Shown one piece after another: positions 53,100 to 64,000 of a stretch of 64,000 nucleotides of DNA (positions within the stretch are counted from its first letter, which is position 1; each line of letters begins with the position of its first letter). The DNA is taken from assembly GCA_951406725.2 (NCBI GenBank), contig OX597827.1, positions 82,956,001 to 83,020,000 of the forward strand. Direction: 5' to 3'. Both the position numbers and the translations under genes were made by a program. The DNA comes from Octopus vulgaris (Eukaryota). Under the pieces are notes generated by a model. The model saw nothing but the letters and a program-made list of their open reading frames with translations, had not been told where the DNA came from and ran no database searches.

Positions 53100-56000
53100 A
53101 ACCTATCACAGTTCGTCAACTTGTTCTTGTCCCAGTGTCCTTATCTACATTCGTCCCCTGTTCTTTGGGGCTAAATTATTTGGTCTCACCAAGCCCAATG
53201 GTGACGTCCACCCCATAGCAGTTGGTTGTACTCTGCCACGTCTCACAGCAAAAGTCTGTCTTCAGTTTCTAACTGCCTGTTTGTGGAATTTTCCTCTATT
53301 CAGCTCGGGGTGGGAACAAAGCTAGGTTGTAAGGCTGCTGCTCATGCCACTAGGGCCTTCACCAACTTGGCCTCTGAGTCCCCAAAGGTCATCCTCAAAC
53401 TAGACCTTAGGAATGCCTTTTGTTCCATCAGTCGATATGTCACGGTTGAAATTAATTTGTAAACAATATTATGGAACGTCGGAATCGTAATCAATTTGTA
53501 AGGATTGCTTCTTTGTTGATTGCCATTCTGTAAAGATGAAAGAAGTGATTGAAGTTGTAAAGAAAATATTTCATTTTACCGTTACATTGTAAAATACCTG
53601 ACCTCAACAGGCAGGTGATAAAAGCATGCAAAGTAAGCAAAGAGAGATGTCGTAGATTTTCCTTGTATTGTTTGTGTCTGTGTTCTCGTCATTGCGTAGT
53701 AGTGATTACAGATAGAAATTGAGTAAAGTTGTAAGAAGAAAAATGGGCTGAGCTCGTGAGAGAGTGGAGGGAAGTTGTCTTGCATGGTTGCTGATCAGAA
53801 ACTTCTTTCTCCCTCTGACCATTTGTCTATTGCGGCCGCCTGCTTGTGGTCCTGACCAGCCGTCCGTTCACTGACTGATGGTCGCTCTCCCTAACTTGGA
53901 TTCTCACTAATTTCTTTTCTTTGGCACACAGGCCATGACACAAAGGGGACAACAGGACAAAACAAAAAATATTTAGGGGCTGGGGTTATAAATTAGTTTG
54001 TTCGTCTAAAAATTGAACAAAATGAATTTAAGAATTAAACAATGATATATTTTTCGGGTTCGTGTTTGACCCACTGGTTTTTCTCCTTTTTTATGTTTTA
54101 TAATACCATTTTTGTTGTTTTTTCCCTTCTTTTCCATTCAGACCGACTACACTAGCGCGGCCCCATTCACTCTCAACTTCTGACATTTGTCCATCTTTAC
54201 TCAAACTTTCTTCGAGGCAGGCACCTTTTCTTCAGACTGATCTTTCTGGACAGGAGGTAGTTTAAAAAAACTAACCAACCCATGTCCAGAGATAAAGTCA
54301 CCCGTCTCAATTCCTCTTCCACGCCTCACCCATACTGTCTCTTTCAATACAGCTACTATGCAGAAAAATGATGCCTCCTTATCCTTGTTAAAGGAGGGAG
54401 GCGGCACAATCTTGATGATAGACTCAGTTGATAACCGTACTCTTTCTGTATCTGACACCATTTGTTCAACATAGGTTATCAGTCCTCTCAGTTCCTCACA
54501 ATGTATGAAGGCATGCGTGACACACCCGCACCTTGGGCATGTGGGTGAGGTACGAGCACCATACCTTGACAACCTTTCTGACTTTTGCTTGGGGGTTCTT
54601 GTTTTTAAAACTATCCAGAAGGGTAGACATATCTTTGAGAACAATAGATTTCGTTTGTGGTCCTTATCTTAATCCTAGCTTTTGGTGGCTTATAAGAGGT
54701 TAGAAAGGTCAAGTGGCAAAGACATTATTTTGCTTAGCTAAGGCATCTGGCAACTGTAAACCGCTGTCACAGAAAAACTATTCTTTTACTGTGAGAAAAG
54801 TGCTGTTGAAGGGTTAATTTAAATTTGGCTATCTAGGATTGAATCTACTTCATGCCTGCAAGATCCACTATAGGTACGTCCTCCTACGTGCAGTAAGAAA
54901 GAATGGCCTACAACTTTACCACTTTGCTTGGCCCTATCGGGAGCCCTCCTGTGTTTTCTTTGGTGACCATCTCATCCCATCTGCTTCTGGAATCCAACAG
55001 GGTGACCCACATGGACCTGCCCTATTCGCATTGGTTATTGATGATGTTACCAACATGGGAGCTGACCTAAACTTAATGTCTGGTACCTCAATGGTGCTTG
55101 TTTAGGAGGACGATGATTGAAGAACTTGGTCGTAGGGGCCTCAACATTAACAGCTATAAATGTGAGCTCTGGCTCCTCAACCACACAGCTTCGCATGAGC
55201 AGACTAGTAAACTATTTACACACTCTCTCCCCTCTATTGCGGTTCGTCCTTCATCAGCGTGTTGCTCTCTTGGAGCCTCAATTACTGACCTAGCATTTGA
55301 GTCCATCTTTCAATCCAAAATGGCTAACTTTGAACATTTTGGATTGAGAAACTTTTAAAAAAAACCTTGAGATAATGGAGCCCCACCAAGGTTTTTCTAT
55401 ACTTAGATTTTCTGAGAGTTAGTTCCTCCTATAGATTCTCATTGTCTCCTCAATGCTTTGATGACCTAATCTTCAGGAAGCTCAAATTCTAAGTCCATGT
55501 CAAACTTTCCCCAGAGTCCTACAACCAGGCTGCTTTGCCCAAATGGTGTGGGGGTCTAGGTCTGCACAAGTGCTCGTCTCTACCTCTTCTCTCTTTTCTT
55601 TTCTCCATCCATGCTTGCTCCCCTTCAGTAGACAATATCCTCTCCTCTCCAACATGGACTAATTCCAACAGGGAGATGGACGAAGCTATTACAGTGGAGA
55701 GAGCTGGGTTTGTCAGTTCCAGTTACAGTTGAGGATAGACGAAAGCAGAGGATGGGACAATCCGCATTCAGGTGCCACTGTCAACTCTCTCCTTGATCAA
55801 TCTGATTGATTTTCAAGGCCTCATCTACTTTCTGCTTGTGCAAAATTTTTGGGGTACTAGGTTGATAACCTGCCTCCATGACATTCAGAATGGAAGCTGA
55901 CACCTGTAGGGGACTGAGATGTTATTGTGGTAGGCCCCTCAATCCCACAGGTCTTTTAGTCTTTCTTGCTGCCTAAATTCTGGTCGTTTTGCTTGTCACA

Positions 56001-56530
56001 CCAAACTAACCTTATTAAGCGGGTTTGGATTAATATCCGCTCAGTTCTGGAGTTGGCGGCATTATCCAGAAGTGATAGAAAGATACCTGAAGGCATTGTG
56101 TGTGGACACTGGTAATGTTATTAATGTGCTAAGGTTTATTTACTTTAAAAAGGGGAAAATAACCCTAAGTTATCTCCCCTTGCACATAGTTGGCTGCTAG
56201 GTGGCACTGAATGGAATCACACATTGACTCACGCAAAGCCTTTCTTTTTTGGCTGAAGTCCAGCATGGTAGCTGAAACTGGTTCAACTAATTTCTTTGGC
56301 ACTTAAAACTCTTGTTCTCACATTACACACTGGTGGAAGATGGTCGTTAGATACTTTCCTTTCACTTGTAACAATTTATGCTGAGCTGAAGTCTAACCAG
56401 ACACGTTCAACAATTTCTTAAGTAAATTGGTGGCAACTCACCTCACCGAGCTGTCAGATGATGCCGGTGAGGGCACTTGGCTGCTTTTCCAATACCTTAG
56501 CCTCGCCATCGCTTGTGCTGGCTTGCTTCA
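53100..56530 (+). mobile_element. CRE-clade non-LTR retrotransposon remnant, interrupted
   Basis: FFGAKLFGLTKPNGDVHPIAVG, QLGVGTKLGC, LKLDLRNAF, GIQQGDPHGPALFAL, LPKWCGGLGL, LFQYLSLAIA: CRE-type RT/C-terminal motifs with many disruptions. Confidence 0.75.
53950..54600 (-). mobile_element. Tx1/L1-like LINE 3' fragment nested in the CRE element
   Basis: RLSRYGARTSPTCPRCGCVTHAFIHC...VAVLKETVWVRR (zf-RVT-like region and downstream W motif). Confidence 0.6.
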
Positions 56531-59169
56531 CTTAGCCAATTGCTGCTTTGTTGGCTTTTTCCTCTTTTCTCTGCTTTTTTTTTTTGTACTTTTTTCTTTG
56601 TCTTTCTTTTGTAAAAAATGTTTTAGTTTTCAAAATAATACTTTCTTGATTAAAACGGAGCTTAAAATATACATGTGCATGTGCTAATCTTTCAGTATTC
56701 GTAAACAGCATCACTAACACACAACGTACTCGCATGGCGTAAAGAGGGTGAATGATGTTGTCCACTAATACCAAAAGATTACCATATTCATGACTTCTGC
56801 CAAGGAATACGAAAACTCTGAGTTTTCTCTATTTTGCTTAGTTATTTTGGTTCATATATGAAGATATTCATGATGAAGACGAAATCACTTCCTTCAGTTC
56901 ATAACCCCCCCTCTTTTCTTGGGTCTACTCTCAACAGCGGGATTAAAAGGCTTCTATAAAGAAATACACTTGAGTGGGACATGACGAACTTTAAAAGATA
57001 ATTAAATGTGAATCTTTTGTCTCTATAATAATAATAAAAATAATTGTGTAGGCGTTTTTTTCTGTCCTGTTAAATTCAATTTGCAATTTTAAAAGCTGCA
57101 TTCCATGCGGGCTTCTAAGGTAGCGCCTGCAGCCCAAAGCTATAGAGAGCTAAACAGCATAACTATAATACATCTATAATGATTATGTGTCCTGCTGGTG
57201 TTTGATTGGCGGTTAAGGATGGATGAGAGTTAATTCTATAATACTATCGTTCAAGTCCCAAGCTGAATTCCAACTGTTGGCCAATTTGTCTCAAAGTTCT
57301 TATCTTGGTGTAAAATTAATGAAGTGAATGTCATTTCTTTCTCCCTTGATCTCCGATGTCATCTGAAAAATTCATATTAACTCTCTATTTATTCATTTAT
57401 GGCAAAATGAATTTCATGCCAATGATTAGCATACAAAACTACATTATTACACCTAATATGTAATCGATTGGAACTGAAAATGAAGAGATTGAAAAGTGGC
57501 AACCAAACAAAAGATCCAACATGTTTTCTTTTCATGATACTTTAAATCCAAAAATAAGGCTGTTCGGCAATTAAAAAGATAAATATATAGTAATGTCCAT
57601 TTAATATATTCACATTTTTGTTTTACTTATCCGCAACAACCAAATGTATTTATTTTACCAGATTATTTTGGTTTCATTAGTTATTCTACAATGATATCTA
57701 CCGACCTCCCAAATTACATGTGCGCACGCCCATGGAGGTGTGTGTGTTTATGTAATGTGAAGGTACATGGCTCAGTGGTTAGGGTATTCAGCATTGTGAG
57801 TTGAACTCCAGGTGGTGGGTTGTGTCCTTGAGCAAGGCACTTTATTTCACGCTGCTCCAGTTCACTCGACTGCCATAGATGAGTTGTATCAGTAATTCAA
57901 AGGGCCAGCCATGTCACATTGAATCTCCCTGTTAGAGGTATGTGTATTTGTGGAGTTCTCAGCCAACTTGCTTGTTAATTTCATGAGCGGGCTGTCTTGT
58001 AGATCAGATAAACTGGAACCCTCGTCATCATAAGTGATGGAGGGCCGGTTATATACACACACATACACACACACCTTATTTGTGGATGAAGACTACCATG
58101 GGTTTCATGTCAAGGAAGCCCTTAACAATTGTCAAGCCTACCATATGGAAAATCAGTATTAGTCTCCATTTTAGGTTAAAACATGAAAAATTAAGTGATT
58201 TTTGGTGTTTTAATCTAAAATGGAGACAAACACCACTGTTCTATGTGATAGTAAGTATACTATGGATTTTTGAAAACATTTAAATATATTGGAGAACATT
58301 CAAAAAGGAACATTTTGATACCTCATTTGTGAAATTTGAATGAATATTTTAGGAGATATGACAATTTGAATGGTTAGTGAATCAGTCAAAATCTTGTCTG
58401 ATTAACTTATTTGTGATGTCGTGTCTTTGAAACTGAGGTGAGAATCATCTTCAAATTATACAAATAGTGACCTTAGTATAGTAATTGCCATTCTTTTTTT
58501 TATTTTTATTTTTTCAGGATCTTAGAAAGTAAATTCTTTTTTTAGCAATATTTAAAATATTTATGTAAAGCCTATTTTGTAACATGTAACAACAAATGGT
58601 TGATTTTGCAGTGTTTTCAGTCAAAGTTAAATCTGCAACTAAAAACCACAGGAACTTGAAGTTTGGCACATTTGTAGTAGGTATACAACTAAATAAATCA
58701 TGAGATTTTGGGACATGGCACCATTTCAATAATATTTTAATGAATCATTAAAAATAGCTGTAAATGGCAGTTTCAGATCAGGATTTTCTCAATTTTTTTT
58801 TTTTCTTTTTCATTTTGGTCTTGGAAATGATGGGGGTAAGCTTTTTATGAAAAAAAGTTTGGAAAATTTCTTTCTTTCCCCCACCCACTCACCCCTTTCC
58901 AGACTGATTTTGGCCAATTTTGTTTGCATTATGCATTTAAAAACAATAGGTGTAGCTTTTTTGGTAAAAAAAAGAAAAAAATAATTGAAATATTTTCAAA
59001 TGAAAAGATGTAACTTAAGGGAGATTTAGCTGTTGTTTTTAGCTCATTTTACAACCACTTGAAACCTTTGTCAGAATTAGATGTAGACCTAGATTAAAAA
59101 AAAAAAACAATGTGAAAACTAATTCCTTGATTTAAGCATTAAAAATATGAATTAAAAGCATTAACATCT

Positions 59170-59974
59170 AACGATTGGGACCTGTGTCTGAACGTGTCAA
59201 AGTGCTGTCATCTGCCTGTCGGCTCTACTCCTGCAACTCAACTTGATTTCGAGCCGGCTCGTCTGCTGCTGGAGAGGACCGATCAGGTAAAGGACCTGGG
59301 TATCTTGGTGGATTCCTCCTTTTCGCCTTCGGCCCAGTGCGTCCATGCTGCCAACAAAGCACGCGGAATTCTGTTCTTGATTCGACGGTCATTCGGAATG
59401 CTCACAGCAGCCATATTCCTACCACTCTATGTCACGCTGGTGAGACCCATATTGGAGTATGGGATTCAAGCCTTTTCTCCTTATCTCCTCAAAGACATAC
59501 AGCATCTCGAAAGAGTCCAGAAGCTGGCTACCCGCATAGTTCATGGTCTCAAAAATTTGTCCTACGAAGAAAGGCTGAGGACGCTCGACCTTTATTCTCT
59601 TGAAAAACGCCGCCGCCGTGGTGATCTCATTCTCGCCCACAACATCATAAGCGGAAAGTGTAACCTCTCGAAAGAGCTGTTCTTCACTCCTGCTCCAGAG
59701 CGTCGGCTGCGGGGTCATTCCGAAAAGCTCTACCTGCGATGATTTCATCTCAATCGAAGGAGAGGAGCTTTCTCCGTCCGGGTTGCGGATCTGTGGAACA
59801 AGCTGCCAGACGAGATGGTGAAGATGCCGACGACTGCTTTGTTCAAAGCCTCCCTGGACCTCAAGTGGCCTGAACTCTTTACATGAACACCACCCCGTGA
59901 TTAACTCCATGTCCCCCTACATGGCCTTGCTATTTGCTTTTGAGCCAAATTAACTAACTAACTAACTAGCTAAC
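59170..59974 (+). mobile_element. 5'-truncated CR1-clade LINE with (TAAC)n tail and 8-bp TSD
   Basis: KDLGILVD, LVRPILEYG, LERVQKLATR, YEERLRTLDLYSLEKRRRRGDL, LRGH, WNKLP; TAACATCT at 59162-59169 and 59975-59982. Confidence 0.92.
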
Positions 59975-61080
59975 TAACATCTGTAACCTTTAGCAAACCC
60001 ATTAGTGAGAGAGAGAGAGAGAAATATGAATTCTAAATGAATAAGCAAACACTGACACAAATTATCCAGACTAGATTCAAAACCAAACAAAAAGACCTCA
60101 CATCTGACTTGAATAGTCCCAAAAAATATCTGTTGCCCAATATAATTTTATACAAGAACATCTGCTTGGTTTGCTCAGCAGCTCTCCACTTGTTAGAACA
60201 GCACAAGGGGAATAAACGATGATTTCATGCTACGTTTGGGTTTTAGAAGACTTAAACTCAATTTTGTTTAGTTTTTGTAGAAATATGTCTACTTTGTAAT
60301 TACTTCATACATTTCTTGAAATTCTGACCCAAACTCGAGATTTGGAGCCTTGGATTTCACCTCTATAATATATCGGTTTGGCAAGTAGTCAGCATGCCAC
60401 CCTCTTTACTCACTCTGCACTTTTTCACCATATCATGGCTGAAATTATCGATGACCACATTGAATTCATGAGAATTTTTTTTTCTTGTTATATAAAAATC
60501 TTGAAGAAAATGTCCTTTTCTAAGTGAAAATTAACATTAAATTTTATCCTATATTTTGCAACAATTGTCTGACCTCCACCCATCAATTTTTATATTGAAA
60601 TAAAGTAAAAACCTTCCTCTTTGAGGTAGCATGTGTTCTAACACAATTTGAGTTCTGGCACTCAAGTGCATTGAACTAGAATGAGGGCTGCCATTCTGCA
60701 GTAACAAAACCAGAAAACAGGACAAACTTTGTAAATGCATGGAAACAGCAAGGTATTTGAGGAAGCCCGACATGATGTGTAACTGTTGGATTTCAATTCA
60801 AACTGTATGAGAAGAAAGTTCACATCCAGGGCTTTCAAATGATTTGTAATTTTCCTTGGAAGATATTTTTTTTTATATGAAAATGAAACAGCAAAATGTG
60901 TTTTTGTATGCTCAAAGTGTGCTCATCTCATTTGTATGACATTCTATAGTGATACCTTGGGACAGTCTAGATAGTTGCCTTCCTTTGCATGAAATGGTAG
61001 CCTTAAACCATGAATAATCTTTATCCACCAGTTGAGCACTCTTTCTCATTGACCAATATTTACAAATATGTGTGTGTATG

Positions 61081-61680
61081 CAGGGTGTTTGGACTAAATT
61101 TGATTTTCGGGTGGGGGTCTCCTTTTTTTCATGAACAACTTGATGTACTGGTCAACAGCATTGGAGAGCCTGAAGATTAAAGAGTTGTAGTTAAAAAGTT
61201 AGTTGATGTGGAGGACTGGAAACCATCCGGATGGAAGACATGGCATGAGTAACAGCATTGAAGACTACAAAGCTGAAACCAGCAGGGAGGGACACAACAG
61301 GTCTTCTGACTGCATTTGCATGCCAGAATTTATCCGACAACTGATGAACAGGGCAGCCTTAGACTCAATTTGAATGGTATGTGAAGTTGCTGGAGAGGGA
61401 GTGTTGTTGTTGGAAGGGCATATGTGTGGCGGCAGGATTCAGTTTTTTGCCATACCTTCAGAAAGAATCAGAATTTCAATGACTTCACCAAGGCCGAGTT
61501 GGTGGCCAAGATCAAGGATGTGTTTGAAGATCTTCCCAGGGACACAGGGAGGAACGCATGTGCCAGTTTGCAGAGCCATTGTGACTCTGCAGTGGAAGTT
61601 GAAGGCAGCTGTTTTGAGCAAACTGTTATTGCCCAGCCATAATCTCGTTGGTGTCTTTGGATTTAAACTATTTTTGGTTT
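61081..61680 (+). mobile_element. Tc1/mariner-superfamily remnant (transposase C-terminus)
   Basis: TKAELVAKIKDVFEDLPRD..RNACASLQSHCDSAVEVEGSCFE; cagggtgt-type end at 61081. Confidence 0.55.
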
Positions 61681-62289
61681 GAATGGGACATTGTGTTTAC
61701 TTTAGCCCAGACACCCTGTACTTCTAGAACTTACTGTCATCACAACAGATTGGTCTTAAGTGAATTGTTAATAATCTTTGTCATCTTCTCCAAGAGACAC
61801 ACCATCTCAAGACGAGCCATCACTACTTTGTCCCATTTATATCTTGAGAAACTGAGTCAGCCAAAACTGAGAAGAAACCTGTACAGGGAGTCTGTCTGTC
61901 CTGGGGATGCTAGTTAAAATGTTGCACAATCTAGTCGTTGGGTAACTCTAGTGGAGTCCAAACTCACGTCATTCAGTTTAAAACCACTTCCTGATTCTTG
62001 CCTACCTACAATGAATTCCACTTTGCTGTCGGTCAGTTTTAAACTTATGAAGTGCATTCCACAAGTTTCAAGATTTTTTTTTTCTTTAGAAGAGGCAGGT
62101 TATTATAATTTCAGTATATCATTACTAAACTGACCTGCCACCTTTTGTTATTCCAGCTTGAAGGAGATGGTTGTAACAGCACTTTGAATAGAGCCTGCTA
62201 AATACTGCTGGTCTTGGCTGACTGGTTTGCAGAAAGCAGTCGGGCGATGAAGGCAATTTAGAATGTGTGTGTGTGTGTGTGTGATAGTT

Positions 62290-63345
62290 TTGTGTTTAAC
62301 TGGATAAAAGTGCTATAGAAAGTGATGAAATGCTCCAGACTGCTTGTGGACTAACTTTGAGTCCAGCAAGTTTTTCACTGGCACAAGAGATTCAAGGACG
62401 GTGTAGAGGTGAGAGATGATGAGAGGTGTAGGAAGGAGATGTGGTGTCAGAACATCAGAGGTGGTGGAGAAAATTTGCAATTTTCTGGATGAAGACCATC
62501 ATGTGTCTGTAAAGACAATAAGCCAACAGTTTGGAATTGGTACAGCAAATGTACACAGAATTATTCAGAAAGATCTGACCATGTGTGAAATTTGAGCAGA
62601 GTTTGTTCCAAAGGTACTCAGCGATGAACAGAAGGAAAGACACATTGGGGACAACAGGAGATGGTTGAGCTCATTATCTCCACTCTAAGGGTTCTTCAAT
62701 CTCTGGTGACCTACGATGTCAGCTGGCTCTATTATTATGATCCAAAGGTCAAGAGATATAATGTCCAATGGACGCATCCTGGCTGCCCCAGACCCAAGGA
62801 GACCAGGAAAAGCAAGTCCACCTAGGAAGCTCATGATGATCCCCTTATTTGACAGCATCATCTAAATCCACTGGGTTCCCACTGGTCAAACGATCAACAA
62901 ATTGTGGTTTGTGGAGGTTTTGAGAGGGTTCAGGAAGAGATTTTGGTGCAAAAGGTTAGAACTCTTCCACTTGGGTTGGTGGTACCAGCACCAGGACAAT
63001 GCACCAGTCCCCAATTCCATCCTGGTAACCCCTACTTGACAGAGGTGGGCATCAAAACTGTCCCTTACCATTCCTACAGTCAAGACTTGCTCTCTCTGAC
63101 TTTTGGTTGTTCTCCAAGTTGAAAGAAAACCTCAGCAACAGCTTGGTTTGAAGATATTGTGAAGATGAAGGAGGCTGTGACAAGGGTCCAAGACACCTTC
63201 CCTTTGGACGACTTCCATGGGGCCTTCATGAAGTAGCTGGAGTGCTACAAGTGCTTTGAAGTCAGAGGATCATACTTTGAAGGGGATTAGGGTTTTAAAC
63301 TTCTTTGCAAGTCAAACTCACGGAAAGCTCCTTGGATACCGTTGG
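62290..63345 (+). mobile_element. Decayed mariner transposase
   Basis: FHWHKRFKDG, VHRIIQKDL, FVPKVLS, VTYDVSWLYYYDP, HQDNAP, YSQDL, RGSYFEGD* across frameshifts. Confidence 0.85.
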
Positions 63346-64000
63346 TGGAGTCCACTTTGTTGTCCAGTTTACTCTGGCCTGGTCATTAGGCATCATTCCT
63401 AGTCTCCACTCTGATGTTACACAAAAACCTGAATCTCTGACTCCCTACAATGGAGTCTGGTCTTTTGGATGCCTTCAGTTGAGTCCACTCTGTTTCCAAC
63501 CCTGCCATTTGATACTTTCAACTGAGTTGTCATCCATTTTAATACAACTACCTGGTTTTTGGATACCTCTAGTTGATACCCCTTGTTTAACTTCCCTACC
63601 TGATCCAAGGCTTTCTTTTAGTCAATTTCACTCTATTGCCACCGAATCTAACATTACCTGGTCCCTGCATGCCTCTGTTGTTTCTTAGTTTAACAAAACC
63701 TACTCTTTGGGTAACTTTTGTGGAGTTCAAGTTTTCTGGTTACTCTTCTGAGATATATTCCCCTCTCCCTATTCTCAAAATCCCTCAAAAAGGGCCACTG
63801 ATGTGACCCTTCTTCTAGCAAACAATTGCATAAAGAATAATTTTTCTCGACTTTTTCTTGCAGGAATTCTTGGTCTGTTAACATGGACAATGGAACGACC
63901 ATAACTCACCCGCATCAGTTTGGGTTCTACCGATGGAACTTTCCAAATATGACCTTCCCTGCAAGTTTCCAAATCCCTGAGCAAACCTCTCATAACTGCG

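Noticed and set aside
56249-56286. CTGAAGT-cagc..gctg-AAACTGGTT hammerhead-like motif
   Set aside because: Core mismatch (CTGAAGT instead of CTGANGA) and poor stem I
63350-64000. Minus-strand ORF fragments at the window end
   Set aside because: No recognisable motif; possibly a decayed repeat

Overview
AT-rich, microsatellite- and transposon-dense animal genomic DNA. The SINE/RTE repeat landscape looks coleoid cephalopod (Octopus-like); this is inference. Two intron-containing genes were reconstructed by hand from GT-AG splice sites with consistent phases. (1) On + (9040-17771, 5 coding exons, ~305 aa) is a secreted protein with signal peptide, PAN/Apple-like domain and an uncharacterised C-terminal domain. 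(2) On - (48638-21596, 21 coding exons, ~967 aa) is a Torso-like receptor tyrosine kinase with signal peptide, anosmin-like Cys-rich N-terminal box, three FN3-like repeats, TM helix, split kinase and Tyr-bearing tail. The two genes converge. The rest is R4/Dong-, RTE-, CR1-, CRE- and Tx1-like non-LTR remnants, Tc1/mariner remnants, tRNA-derived SINEs, fold-back MITE-like elements and simple repeats. The most notable non-coding items are a minimal type I hammerhead ribozyme motif (2720-2760), a fold-back at a LINE truncation point (11177-11349) and a perfect 19-bp intronic hairpin (22233-22276). Most ORFs in the supplied track are microsatellite or antisense artefacts.
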